Assembly: GCF_006345805.1 (NCBI RefSeq)
Contig: NC_043023.1
Location: 7,750,001-7,814,000 of the forward strand
Source of the DNA: Octopus sinensis
Lineage: Eukaryota
DNA: 64,000 bases
Direction: 5' to 3'
Numbering within the stretch: the first letter of the stretch is position 1; each line of letters opens with the position of its first letter. Made by a program: the position numbers and the translations under genes. The notes under the pieces were generated by a model that was given only the letters and a program-made list of their open reading frames with translations, was not told the DNA's origin and searched no databases. Below are positions 1 to 13,788 of this stretch, piece after piece.

Positions 1-784
1 TCCTGTCACAACCTGGGACCTTGAAAACTGCTTAAATGCAAGAAAGTATACTAGTCCCTTAATATATATATATATATATTGAAACATTCCTGTCACACCT
101 GGGACCTTGAAAACTGCTCAAATGCAAGAAAGTATACTAGTCCCTTAATATATATATATATATATATTGAAAATTCCTGTCACAACCTGGGACCTTGAAA
201 ACTGCTTAAATGCAAGAAAGTATACTAGTCCCTTAATATATATATATATATATATATATATTGAAACATTCCTGTCACAACCTGGGACCTTGAAAACTGC
301 TCAAATGCAAGAAAAGTATACTAGTCCCTTAATATATATATATATATATATTGAAACATTCCTGTCACAACTGGGACCTTGAAAAACTGCTCAAATGCAA
401 GAAAGTATACTAGTCCCTTAATATATATTATATATATATTGAAACATTCCTGTCACAACCTGGGACCTTGAAAACTGCTCAAATGCAAGAAAGTATACTA
501 GTCCCTTAATATATATTATTATTTATATATATTGAAACATTCCTGTCACAACCTGGGACCTTGAAAACTGCTCAAATGCAAGAAAGTATACTAGTCCCTT
601 AATATATAATATATATATATATTGAAACATTCCTGTCACACCTGGGACCTTGAAAAACTGCTCAAATGCAAGAAAGTATACTAGTCCCTTAATATATATA
701 TATATATATATTGAAACATTCCTGTCACAACCTGGGACCTTGAAAACTGCTCAAATGCAAATGAAGCGAAAGTATACTAGTCCC

Positions 785-815
<31 letters not shown>

Positions 816-972
816 TGAAACATTCTGTCACAACCTGGAGGGACTTGAAAAACTGCTCAAATGCAAGAAAGTATACTAGTCCCTTAATATATATATATAT
901 AATTTGAAACATTCCTGTCACAACTGGGACCTTGATGAAAACTGCTCAAATGCAAGAAAGTATACTAGTCCC

Positions 973-1009
<37 letters not shown>

Positions 1010-4000
1010 AAACATTCCTGTCACAACCTGGGACATTGAAAACTGCTCAATGCAAGACAAGAAAAGTATACTAGTCCCTAATATAATATATATATATATA
1101 TTGAAACATTCCTGTCACAACCTGGGACCTTGAAAACTGCTCAATGCAAGAAAGTATACTAGTCCCTTAATATATATATATTATATATTGAAACATTCCT
1201 GTCACAACTGGGACCTTGAAACTGCTCAAATGCAAGAAAGTATATAGTCCCTATATATATTATATATATATTGAAAACATTCCTGTCACCAACCTGGGAC
1301 CTTGAAAAACTGCTTAAATGCAAGAAAAGTATACTAGTCCCTTAATATATATATATATATATATTGAAACATTCCTGTCACAACCTGGGACCTTGAAAAC
1401 TGCTCAAATGCAAGAAAGTATACTAGTCCTTAATATATATATATATATATATATTGAAACATTCCTGTCACACCTGGGACCTTGAAAACTGCTCAAATGC
1501 AAGAAAGTATACTAGTCCCTTATATATATATATATATTGAAACATTCCTGTCACAACCTGGGACCTTGAAAACTGCTCAAATGCAAGAAGTATACTAGTC
1601 CCTTAATATATATATATATATAATTGAAACATTCCTGTCACAAACCTGGGACCTTGAAAACTGCTCAAATGCAAGAAAGTATACTAGTCCCTTAATATAT
1701 ATATATATATATATTGAAACATTCCTGTCACAACCTGGGACCTTGAAAACTGCTTAAATGCAAGAAAGTATACTAGTCCCTTAATATTTATATAATATAA
1801 TTGAAACATTCCTGTCACAACATGGGACCTTGAAAACTGCTCAAATGCAAGAAAGTATACTAGTCCCTTAATATATATATATATATATTGAAACTTCCTG
1901 TCACAACCTGGGACCTTGAAAACTGCTCAAATGCAAGAAAGTATACTAGTCCCTAATATATATATATATATATATTGAAACATTCCTGTCACAACTGGGA
2001 CCCTGAAAACTGCTCAAATGCAAGAAAGTATACTAGTCCTTAATATATATATATATATATATTGAAACATTCCTGTCACAACCTGGGCCTTGAAAAACTG
2101 CTCAAATGCAAGAAAGTATACTAGTCCCTTATATATATATATATATATTGAAACATTCCTGTCACAACCTGGGACCTTGAAAACTGCTCAAATGCAAGAA
2201 AGTATACTAGTCCCTTAATATATATATATATATATTTGAAACATTCCTGTCACAACCTGGACCTTGAAAACTGCTCAAATGCAAGAAAGTATACTAGTCC
2301 CTTAATATATATATTATATATTGAAACATTCCTGTCACAACCTGGGACCTTGAAAACTGCTCAAATGCAAGAAAGTATACTAGTCCCTTAATATATATAT
2401 ATATATATTGAAACATTCCTGTCACAACCTGGGACCTTGAAAACTGCTTAAATGCAAGAAAGTATACTAGTCTCTTAATATATATATATATATATATTGA
2501 AACATTCCTGTCACAACCTGGGACCTTGAAAACTGCTCAAATGCAAGAAAGTATACTAGTCCCTTAATATATATATATATCTATATTGAAACATTCCTGT
2601 CACAACCGGGACCTTGAAAACTGCTCAAATGCAAGAAAGAAAGATACTAGTCCTTAATATATATATATATATATATTGAAACATTCCTGTCACACCTGGG
2701 ACCTTGAAAACTGCTCAAATGCAAGAAAGTATACTAGTCCCTTAATATATATATATATATATATTGAAACATTCCTGTCACAACCTGGGACCTTGAAAAC
2801 TGCTCAAATGCAAGAAAGTATACTAGTCCCTTATATATATTATATATATATTGAAACATTCCTGTCACAACCTGGGACCTTGAAAACTGCTCAAATGCAA
2901 GAAGTATACTAGTCCCTTAATATATATATATATATATATTGAAACATTCCTGTCACAACCTGGGACCTTGAAAACTGCTCAAATGCAAGAAAGTAAACTA
3001 GTCCCTTAATATATATATATATAATATTGAAACATTCCTGTCACAACCTGGGACCTTGAAAACTGCTCAAATGCAAGAAAGTATACTAGTCCTTAATATA
3101 TATATATATATATATTGAAACATTCCTGTCACAACCTGGGACCTTGAAAACTGCTTAAAGCAAGAAAGTATACTAGTCCCTTAATATATATATATATATA
3201 TTGAAACATTCCTGTCACAACCTGGGACCTTGAAAACTGCTCAAATGCAAGAAAGTATACTAGTCCCTTAATATATTATATATATAGTATTGAAACATTC
3301 CTGTCACAACCTGGGACCTTGAAAACTGCTTAAATGCAAGAAAGTATACTAGTCCCTTAATATAATATATATATATATTGAAACATTCCTGTCACAACCT
3401 GGGACCTTGAAAACTGCTCAAATGCAAGAAAGTATACTAGTCCCTTAATATTATATATATATATATTGGAAACATTCCTGTCACAACCTGGGACCTTGAA
3501 AACTGCTCAAATGCAAAAAGTATACTAGTCCTTAATATATATATATATAATATATATATTGAAACATTCCTGTCACAACCTGGGACCTTGAAAACTGCTC
3601 AAATGCCAAGAAAGTATACTAGTCCCTTAATATATATAATATATATATATATTGAAAATTCCTGTCACAACCTGGGACCTTGAAAACTGCTCAATGCAAG
3701 AAAGTATACTAGCCTTAATATATATATATATATATTGAAACATTCCTGTCACAACCTGGGACCTGAAAACTGCTTAAATGCAAGAAAGTATACTAGTCCC
3801 TTAATATATATATATATATATATATTGAAACATTCCTGTCACAACCTGGGGGACCTTGAAAACTGCTCAAATGCAAGAAAGTATACTAGTCCCTTAATAT
3901 ATATATATATATATTGAAACATTCCTGTCACAACCTGGGACCTTGAAAACTGCTCAAATGCAAGAAATATACTAGTCCCTTAATATATATATATATATAT

Positions 4001-6064
4001 ATTGAAACATTCCTGTCACAACCTGGGACCTTGAAAACTGCTCAAATGCAAGAAAGTATATTAGTCCCTTAATATATATATATATATATATTGAAACATT
4101 CCTGTCACAACCTGGGACCTTGAAACTGCTCAATGCAAGAAGTATACTAGTCCCTTAATACTATATATATTATATATTGAAACATTCCTGTCACAACCTG
4201 GGACCTTGAAAACTGCTCAAATGCAAGAAGTATACTAGTTCCTTTAATATATATATATCTATATATTGAAACATTCCTGTCACAACCTGGGACCTTGAAA
4301 CTGCTCAAATGCAAGAAAGTAAACTAGTCCCTTAATATATATATATATATATATTATGAAACATTCCTGTCACAACCTGGGACCTTGAAAACTGCTCAAA
4401 TGCAAGAAAGTATACTAGTCCCTTAATATATATATATATATATATTGAAACATTCCTGTCACAACCGGGACCTTGAAAACTGCTCAAATGCAAGAAAGTA
4501 TACTAGTCCCTTAATATATATATATATATATATATTGAAACATTCCTGTCACAACCTGGGACTTGAAAACTGCTCAAATGCAAGAAAGTATACTAGTCCC
4601 TTATATATATATATATATAATTGAAACATTCCTGTCACAACCTGGGACCTTGAAAACTGCTTAAATGCAAGAAAGTATACTAGTCCCTTAATATATATAT
4701 ATATATATATTGAAACATTCCTGTCACAACCTGGGACCTTGAAAACTGCTCAATGCAAGAAAGTATACTAGTCCCTTAATATATATATATTATATATTGA
4801 AACATTTCCTTCACAAACCTGGGACCTTGAAAAACTGCTCAATGCAAGAAAGTAAGTAACTAGTCCTTTAATATTATATATATATATATATTGAAACATT
4901 CCTGTCACAACCTGGGACCTTGAAACTGCTCAAATGCAAGAAAGTATACTAGTCCCTTAATATATATATATATATATATTGAAACATTCCTGTCACAACC
5001 TGGGACCTTGAAAATGCTCAAATGCAAGAAAGTATACTAGTCCCTTAATATTATATATATATATATTATATATGAAACATTCCTGTCACAACCTGGGACC
5101 TTGAAAACTGCTCAAATGCAAGAAAGTATACTAGTCCCTTAATATATATATATATATATATTGAAACATTCCTGTCACAACTGAGACCTTGAACAACTGC
5201 TCAAATGCAAGAAATAAACTAGTCCCTTAATATATATATATATATATATATATTGAAACATTCCTGTCACAACCTGGGACCTTGAAAACTGCTCAAATGC
5301 AAGAAAGTATACTAGTCCTTAATATATATATATTATATATTGAAACATTCCTGTCACAACCTGGGACCTTGAAAACTGCTTAAATGCAAGAAGTATACTA
5401 GTCCCTTAATATATATATATATATATATTGAAAACATCCTGTCACAACCTGGGACCTTGAAAACTGCTCAAATGCAAGAAAGTATACTAGTCCCTTAATA
5501 TATATATATATATGTATTGAAACATTCCTGTTCACAACCTGGACCTTGAAAACTGCTTAAATGCAAGAAAGTATACTAGTCCCTTAATATATATATATAT
5601 ATATATTGAAACATTCCTGTCAACACCTGGACCTTGAAAACTGCTCAAATGCAAGAAAGTATACTAGTCCCTTAATATATATATATAATATATATATATT
5701 GAAACATTCCTGTCACAACCTGGACCTTGAAAACTGCTCAAATGCAAGAAAGTATACTAGTCCCTTAATATCATATATATATAATATTGAAACATTCCTG
5801 TCAAAACCTGGGACCTTGAAAACTGGCTTAAATGCAAGAAAGTATACTAGTCCCTTAATATATATATATATATTGAAACATTCCTCTCACAACCTGGGAC
5901 CTTGAAAAATGAAAAACTGCTCAAATGCAAGAAAGTATACTAGTCCTTAATATATATATATATATATATTGAAACATTCCTGTCACAACTGGGACCTTGA
6001 AAACTGCTCCAATGCAAGAAAGTATACTAGTCCTTAATATATCTATATATATTATATTGAAACA
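1..6064. repeat. Tandem satellite: 71-bp core plus variable (TA)n, ~85-bp period, roughly 70 copies
   Basis: The core TTGAAACATTCCTGTCACAACCTGGGACCTTGAAAACTGCTCAAATGCAAGAAAGTATACTAGTCCCTTAA repeats head-to-tail from base 1 up to the gap. Scattered single-base indels look like long-read consensus error. Confidence 0.97.
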
Positions 6065-6164
6065 NNNNNNNNNNNNNNNNNNNNNNNNNNNNNNNNNNNN
6101 NNNNNNNNNNNNNNNNNNNNNNNNNNNNNNNNNNNNNNNNNNNNNNNNNNNNNNNNNNNNNNNN
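6065..6164. other. Assembly gap (100 N)
   Basis: Run of exactly 100 N, a standard scaffolding placeholder. Confidence 0.99.
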
Positions 6165-6188
6165 TAGTAAAGAAATAGGTATAAATAT

Positions 6189-6535
6189 AAGGCGGCGAGC
6201 TGGCAGAAACATTAGCACGCCAGGCGAAATGCTTAGTGGTATTTCATCTGCCGTTACATTCTGAGTTCAAATTCCGCCGAGGTCAACTTTGCCTTTCATC
6301 CTTTTGGGGTCGATAAATTAAGTACCAGTTACACACTGGGTCGATGTAATCGACTTAATCCGTTTGTCTGTCCTTGTTTGTCCCCTCTGTGTTTAGCTCC
6401 TTGTGGGTAGTAAAGAAATAGGTATTTCGTCTGCTGCTACGTTCTGAGTTCAAATTCTGCCGAGGTCGACTTTGCCTTTCATCCTTTTGGGGTCAATAAA
6501 TTAAGTACTAGTTTCACACTGGGGTCAGTATTATT
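6189..6535 (+). mobile_element. tRNA-derived SINE family B, head plus partial tandem unit
   Basis: GGCGGCGAGCTGGCAGAA (A-box-like) and GAGTTCAAATTCC (B-box-like). The body ends ...GTGGGTAGTAAAGAAATAG and then the body repeats. Confidence 0.85.
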
Positions 6536-6559
6536 GTAAAGTTGAAACTGTTGCTAATG

Positions 6560-6597
<38 letters not shown>

Positions 6598-7538
6598 CAG
6601 CTGTAAGGAATTTTAATGATTTCAATAAATTGACTTAATCCATTTGTCTGTCCTTGTTTGTCAAGTATAGACATGCACACACACACATAAATATATATGA
6701 CAGGCTTCTTTCCATTTCTGTCTACCAAATCCACTCACAAAGCTTTGGTCAGCCTGAGGCTACACTTGGAGACACTTGCCCAAGGTGCCATGCAGTGTGG
6801 TTGGGAAGCAAGCTTCTTATCACACAGCCATGCTGTCCATATATATATTCATAAATATATATATATATATCAAATACAAAATGGGACCAGAACGCAAAAC
6901 ATCCGGACAGCTAGGTGATACAAAAAGGGGACAACAAAACATCAAGATAGACGATACAAAGAAAACAAGGTTGGGTCATTCAAAGGTTTTTTTCATCAGT
7001 CGAGTACCAGATTATCTTCGCAATTTCAGCTGATTATACTTGAGATTGCTCCAACCTGGCCAGCCCCAAGGAAAAACTAAGCTAAGAGCTTTAGATTCCT
7101 TGGAAGAAAGCAGCGAATGTATACAAAAACAAGGACGGGAAAAAAACGGACAATGATACACAAATACAATAAAAATAATAACAGGATATAACAACAGGTG
7201 TCTTTCGACTAAGGACAAATTAAATTAAGCTGGCATCTGTGGGAATGAAGCCTTACGGCAGGGATACAAGGTTTCACAAACACAGGGAGGAATATCGATG
7301 TTGCATGGACAACGGCCACACCAAGAAAGAAAGAACAGGATTGGCCGAACGTCAGTCATGTGGGAAGAGAAGAGAGAGAAGTAGAAGCAGAGGGACAGAA
7401 GAATTAAGGAGGGGCAAGGAAAGAACGAAGAGTGGAATGAACGAATAAGTGTGAAAGGTCTGATAGACAGAAATAGAATCATACAAGATTTAGAAGAATG
7501 TGTACTTACATATAAGAGACCAAAGTGTACGTATGCCG

Positions 7539-7589
<51 letters not shown>

Positions 7590-8369
7590 CATACACCCAC
7601 ACACACATATATATAGATAGATAGTTAAGTGTGTGTGGGTGGGGTGTCTTTATGCCTGTCCCCACCATCACTGCTTGACAACCACTTTTTGTGTGTTTAT
7701 GTTCCTGTAATTTAGCAGTTCAGCAAGAAACAGATGGAATAAGTTCTAGGCTCACAAAGAACAAATCTTGGGATCAAAAGGTTCAACAAAAACACTTCAA
7801 GACGGTGTTCCAGCATGGCCACAGTTAAACAAGTAAACAAATAAAAAAATATAAGAATACATGCATTAATGTATGCATACATACAGACCAGAATGAGAGG
7901 AAAATAGTGAAAGCTGGGAGAAATATTTTCTTTGAAAAGATAAAAGATAGAAGAGAGAGGAAATAAACGGCCAGTCCTTTGAACATCCATGCAGGAAAAG
8001 AAAGATGGACGATGGTCACGTGTGAGCAATGAGAGAGCGAAAAAGAGTAAGAGGGAGAGAGAGAGAGAGAAACAGATAGAAAACAGTGTGTGTGTATATA
8101 TATATGACTGGCTTCTTTCAGTTTCTCTCTACCAAATCCACTCACAAGGCTTTGGTTGGCCCGAGGCTATAGTAGAAGACACTTACCCAAGATGACATGC
8201 AGTGGGACTGAACCTGGAACCATGTGGTTAGCAAGCAAGATACTTACCACACAGCCACTCCCATGCCTATGAAATTTTTTTTTGCCTTTGTTACTTCTCC
8301 TTTGTCTGTGGTTTTTTCCTCCTCCCCTTCGAAGAGGGGTTATAAGTCACTAACCATAAGGATCTGAAG

Positions 8370-9590
8370 AGACTGCTGTACCGTACTCTAATGCCATTTA
8401 CTGCAAAGTTACTACAATTCTACTTCATCTGTACTCTACTGTGATGGTACTAACTAATGTTCTACATCGCTATTGTACTCTAAAGTACTCTACATTCTGT
8501 TCATGAATACTATACTGCTACTGTACTTGTGTTGTACTCTGATGTATAGTACCAGTCTGTACTCTACTACTGTTACTATTACCCAGTACTGCTGCTGTAC
8601 TTGCAAATCATTGTACTATACTGTACTATTCTATGCTCCACAAATGTTGTATTGTACCATTCTGTACTCTACTGTACTGAACCATTCTGTACTATAGTAC
8701 TATTGTTACTTCTGTACTAGTGTTGTACTATAGTACTAGTCTGTACTCTATTACTGCTGTTAGTACTATACTATACTTCTGTTATATTATACTGCTACTG
8801 CACTCTACTGTACTCAGCCAATCTGTACTCTGCTACCAAAATACTGTACTGCAACGGTATTCTGATGTACTCTGTCATTATGTACTCTACCCTTGCCCTT
8901 AATACTAATTTACTGTTTTACTTCTATTGTTGACTGTTGTACTCTACAACAACAACTACTACTACTACTGGTACCCCTACTGTACTACTGATGTACTATA
9001 CTACTGGTGTACTCTGCTGTGCAGCACTATTCTGTACTCTACTGTCACTGTTCTATGCTACTATTGCACTCTACTGCACTATACCATTCTATACTCTACT
9101 ATCACCTTACTATACTACTATTGTACTTTACTGTTCTGTACTCTACTGTCACTGTATTGCAGTACTGTTCTACCCTACTGTACTATTGTACTCTACTGTT
9201 CTATTGTACTCTACAGCACTATACCATATTGTACTCAACTATCCCTACCCTGTACTATTATTGTACTCTATGACACACTATACCAGTCTGTACTCTACTA
9301 TCGACCTACTGTATTATTGTTATACTCTTCTTTACTACTATTCTACTATATCATTCTGTACTCTAATCCTGCTTTTATTACTATTATTACACTGCTATAT
9401 TGCTATTGTACTCTTCTCTACTATTCTGTACTCTACTGTTACTGAATTGCAGTACTATTGTACTCTGCTGCACAATCTTGTACTCTACTACTTCTATTAC
9501 CATTTTGTACTCTAGCACTTCTATTATATCTACCATTACACTGTACTAAACTGCTATTGTACTCTACTGTACTTGACTCCTACTTCCATG
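8370..9590. repeat. Degenerate TACTGTAC/ACTCTACT low-complexity tract
   Basis: Cryptic short-period repeat. It accounts for the Y/C/L/T-rich ORFs in the track. Confidence 0.85.
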
Positions 9591-9604
9591 TTGTAGATAC
9601 ACAG

Positions 9605-9821
9605 ATGCTGTCAATGCCACTGCTCTACATCCTCCCACTGCTACTCACACCACTGATCCCTGTGTCCGTCCAATCCCAAGATGCATTGATTGATGTCAGC
9701 GTCAACTGCAGCCAACTGGCTGTAACGAACTCCTCGGAGGTCACGGTGAAGGCAGACCGTGACATCAAGATCACCCTACTGTGTAAGGATGCCATCAAAA
9801 CCTATTACCTGCTCAATAACA
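9605..9821 (+). CDS. ZP-domain secreted protein, coding exon 1 (signal peptide and start of ZP-N)
   Basis: ATG at 9605 encodes MLSMPLLYILPLLLTPLIPVSVQS|QDALIDVSVNC..., a hydrophobic signal peptide. The donor A|GTAAGT at 9822 is phase 1. Candidate acceptor AGs lie at 9595-96 and 9603-04. Confidence 0.85.
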
Positions 9822-10104
9822 GTAAGTACCCTATTTTTTTGTATGAGCCCTTTTGATGTCAAACCACCGAAGACTGTTTCTGGTTATATGATACAAATTT
9901 TCTGTCTCAAAATGATTTAAATCAAAACCTTCTATCAAAATTTCTTGTTAAATTTATATTCCAAATGCCAGATTAATTAGGATAAAATTATTTTAATGAA
10001 TTCTTCATTATTTTCAAAATTAATTGGAACAAAGGCAAGGTATTTTAACAAAAATATGGTAACAAAAGGGTTCGAGTGATCTAAATCAAAGCCTCCCATC
10101 AAAT

Positions 10105-10400
10105 AGCGGGGTGCAAAGAGCACCATATGAGCGTGATCATTGACAGAGCGGCTAACCAGCTTCTGTGCCAGTGACACTTAAAAGGCACCATTCGAGTGTG
10201 ATCGTTACCAGTATTGCCTTATTGGCACTTATGCCTTTGCTAGTAGGGTGCCAAGAGCACCATCTGAGCATGATCATTGCTAGAGCAGCCAATTGGCTTC
10301 CATACCCATGGCACATAAAAAGGCACCATTCGAGTGTGATCGTTACCAACGTCGCTTCACTGGCACCTGTGCAGGTGGCACGTGTAAAAAGATTTGAGCG
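10105..10400 (+). mobile_element. Family D retro-element fragment (internal repeats GGCACCATTCGAGTGTGATCGTTACC)
   Basis: Homologous to copies at 22520-23035, 48640-48990, 53830-54125 and 54800-55185. Confidence 0.75.
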
Positions 10401-11251
10401 AGTACAAAAATATGGTAACAAAAGGGTTAAAGTGATCTAAATCAAAGCCTCCCATCAAAATTTCATGTTCATTTGTTACAAACACCAGCTTAATGACAAA
10501 AGTATTTTACTAAATTTTTCATTATTTTCCAAATGTAAATTTATGAACATTTATAAAATCAAATACTAAGATAAAAAGATATCATTTTCTGACCATTTTG
10601 TCCAGCCATCCTGTGTTTCTATTTATAGATGTCAAATTGACAATCCTTGTCCGTCAATTTAATAACAATAACAACAGCAAGGACAAATTTATTTAATTAG
10701 TTAATGAACATTTATAAAATCAAATACTAAAATAAAAAGATGTCATTTTCTGCCCATTTTGTCCAGCCATCCTGTTTCTATTTATAGATGTCAAATTGAC
10801 AATACTTGTCCTTCAATAACAACAAGAGCACTCAAAGAATGCAAACCTCCGTCAATGCAACATCAACGTCCTTTCAATGATTACCTGAGGATGATTTTTA
10901 AAATGAGAATATCTGAAATAAACTCAACTGAACTCATAAACGAGAATATTAAAAATGAGCCCAACTGCTCTCAAAATTTAAGTAAAATAAACCGGAAAAA
11001 TAATCCAGAATCCTTGTCTGGTACCAGATTGATCCCAAAATCTAATCAGTTTGTGTCAGTCATGAGGCCAAATATCCTTGAAAGTTTCATCCGAATCCAT
11101 CCAGTGGTTCTTGAGATATCTCATTCGTGGTCAAACAAACAAACACAACTGAAAACAATACTTCTGCCTTTGCTAAGGTGGAGGTAACGAAGACAAATTT
11201 ATTTAATTACTTAATGAAGGTTTATAAAATCAAACACTAAGCTAAAATGAT

Positions 11252-11669
11252 ACTCTCTTTTACTCTCTTTTATTTGTTTCAGTCATCTGACTGCGGCCAT
11301 GCTGGTGCACCACCTTTAGTCGAAAGCAAATCAACCCCAGGACTTATTCTTTGGGAGCCTAGTACTTATTCTATCGACCTCTTTTGCCGAACTGCTAAGT
11401 TATGGGGACGTAAACACACCAGCATTGTTTGTCAAGCGATGTTGAGAGACAAACACAGACACACAAACATATACACATACATACATATATATATATATAC
11501 ATATATGACTGGCTTCTTTCAGTTTCTGTCTACTAAATCCACTGACAAGGCTTTGGTCGGCCTGAGGCTATAGTAGAAGACACTTGCCCAAGGTGCCATG
11601 CAGGGGGAATGAACCTGGAACCATGTGGTTGGTAAGCAAGCTACTTACCACACAGCCACTCCTGCACCT
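11252..11669 (-). mobile_element. tRNA-derived SINE family A, full length
   Basis: Reverse complement of the GGCGCAGGAGTGGCTGTGTGGT...GGTTCAGTCCC...CTTGGGCAAG...(TA)n...GGTGCTCCAGCATGGCC...AAAAGAG consensus. Confidence 0.92.
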
Positions 11670-11762
11670 ATAAATTTCTGACCATTTTGTCCATCAATCC
11701 TGTGTTCCTGTTTATAGATGTCAAATTGACAATTCTTGTCCATCAGTTTAATAACATCATCA

Positions 11763-12243
11763 TTGTCATTGTTCGACCGTGGTCGAGACAATGGAATTTA
11801 TTATGTTACGCCAGACTTCACAGTCCATCATAGCATTATGGAGGTCCGGTTGCTGGATGTCTGTATCCCTGGAGATTACATCAGGATAGGAGAGTGTGTA
11901 CCCTCTGGTATCATGAGCAGATGGCTTCCAGAGGAGAAGAGTAGAAATTTCCTCGTTTTCAGCTCTACAACAATGTCCAGCAAACTGGACTCTTCTACCT
12001 TTCACAAGAGGCAATACAGGTGGTAATTTCCCATATATTTGTACTTTGGTTGGATGACGCTTCCACGAGAGATTTTGAGCTCTCATAAGGAGGTGAGTGT
12101 AAGTTCCATCCAACCGCCTCTCAAGCTTCTTTGATAACGTCCAGGTTTCTGAACCATATAGTAGAATTGGTTTGACTGTGGCTTTGAAGATTTTTAATTT
12201 GAAGTCTTTACTTAGATTTGATGACCAGATCTTATGCATATCA
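11763..12243 (-). mobile_element. 5'-truncated RTE-type LINE, 3' end of ORF2
   Basis: The translation KLKIFKATVKPILLYGSETWTLSKKLERRLDG...RRVQFAGHC...WRNIINSI is typical of the RTE/RTEX C-terminus, and a (TGA/CAA)-like tail follows. Confidence 0.85.
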
Positions 12244-12367
12244 TAACAATAACAACAAGGCCAAATTTATTTAATTAGTTAATGAACATTTATAAAAATT
12301 AAACACCAAGATAAAAAGATGTCATTTTCTGCCTCTTTTGTCCATATATCCTGTCTTTCTTTTACAG

Positions 12368-12822
12368 ATGTCAAATTGACAATACCCATTCATCGGTTTG
12401 CCAATGATGAGGTTATCAACAACTACAGCAGAAGCGAACCTGTCAATGACAATCAGAATAGCACTGACAACGACGGCAATGATGACAACAACAGCAACAA
12501 GACTATAGACAACCAACCTGAGTCCAACACTGATACCTGTGTATTCCGAAGTGTGTCGAATGAGGAAATTTACGGGATACAAATGACGGTATCACGCATC
12601 CAGGGTCAAAACAGCGATTTGACGATGAGAAATTACATTCTGTCCTGCACACTGAATGAATATGGTGTGGCCAAATCAATGGAGATCCCTGTTACGAAGG
12701 ACATGAGTGCTGTGGAAGCCCTGGAGCAGTTCATGGGGAAAAAGGTGAGCTTGGATATTCAACTGAAGTTGTATGACATATTGGACCAGCCCATTCTTTC
12801 ACCTGTTCCCATTCAAAAGAAG
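12368..12822 (+). CDS. ZP-domain secreted protein, coding exon 2 (ZP-N, N/D-rich insert, linker, start of ZP-C)
   Basis: Polypyrimidine acceptor TCTTTCTTTTACAG|AT is phase 1, matching exon 1. The frame is open: VKLTIPIHRF...DTCVF...ILSCTL...LKLYDILDQPILSPVPIQKK. Donor AAG|GTATTA is phase 0. Confidence 0.82.
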
Positions 12823-12937
12823 GTATTACAGCTTTGGTCTTTGCTATTTTTTAATTTTGTCTACTTGTTTCAGTCGTTGGGCTGTGGCCATGCTGGGGCA
12901 TTACTTTCAAGGGTTTAGCAGGAACAAATAAAAAACA

Positions 12938-13168
12938 TAGGAGTGGCTGTGGGGTAAGTAGCTTGCTTACCAACCACATGGTTCCGGGTTCAGTCCCACT
13001 GCATGGTACCTTGGGCAAGTGTCTTCTACTGTAGCCTCAGGCCAGCCAAAGCCTTATGAGTGGATTTGGTAGACAGAAACTGAAAGAAGCCAGTCGTATA
13101 TATAATATATATATATATATATATGTGTGTGTACGTGTGTGTGTATGTTTGTGTGTCAGTGTTTGTCC
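12938..13168 (+). mobile_element. SINE family A, 5' half
   Basis: Runs from the GGAGTGGCTGTGGGGT head through (TA)n to GTGTTTGTCCC, then is truncated. Confidence 0.85.
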
Positions 13169-13753
13169 CAGGACATGGGGTCGAGAATCTAAGCAACACA
13201 TTTTCCGTTGTAGTTTTCGCAACTTGCAATCGATTTTCACCAAACTCATGGTGAAGCTTAATGTTACCCTAAGGAACTTAATTCTGACGTTAGTTTTCCA
13301 TGCAATACCTTACCATCAGAAAAAATCGATAAAATCATGCCATTTTGGGAAATCGCGTTAAAATTCAAGATGACATATTTTCGACAATATATTTAACAAA
13401 TTGGCAGGAATTTTTTTTGAAATTCACAGCGAGCATCATGTCTGCTCCAAGGAGCTATATGGCCCTTTTGATTCCAATAGGATACATTATTACTGGAAAA
13501 AAATCGGTTAATTACATCATATGTGGCACACATAGCAAACCGATTTTTCTGCGATATTTTTTCAAAGTTCACATAGATTTTCCCTACTTCTTCATGCATG
13601 CAAGGGAACGGTATCTTGAATGCCTTAATGCCTTTTAAGCTTCATTTTACAAAATAATGTTTCAATGAGTACCAAAAAAGGTAAAAGGGTAAAGGGCATT
13701 GCTTATCGACAAAGTTTCTTACATACCCGGGCAACGCCGGGCTATGCTGCTAG
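13169..13753 (+). mobile_element. Non-autonomous Helitron, 3' portion
   Basis: Ends with the hairpin CCCGGGCAACGCCGGG followed by GCTGCTAG|T. The internal GACATGGGGTCGAGAAT is shared with the other Helitrons in the window. Confidence 0.7.
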
Positions 13754-13788
13754 TTAAGATATAAAACTCTATTTTCTCTCTTTTGCAG

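Larger units (their letters stand above)
10541..12385 (+). repeat. Four ~155-bp tandem copies of the exon-2 splice-acceptor region, interrupted by TEs
   Basis: ...TTTCTGnCCATTTTGTCC...TTTA(T/C)AG|ATGTCAAATTGACAAT has its AG at 10627-28, 10786-87, 11716-17 and 12366-67. Only the last copy continues into the open exon. Confidence 0.9.

Noticed and set aside
1-6064. CRISPR-like appearance of a constant repeat with variable spacers
   Set aside because: The spacers are only (TA)n, the repeat is 71 bp, there are no cas genes, and the context is eukaryotic.
8473-9515. Tyr/Cys/Leu-rich ORFs
   Set aside because: These are translations of the TACTGTAC low-complexity tract upstream of the ZP start codon.
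10759-11187. 142-aa ORF inside ZP intron 1 as an extra exon or gene
   Set aside because: It starts in a decoy acceptor copy and runs through a repeat-like insert, with no recognisable domain and a non-ATG start.
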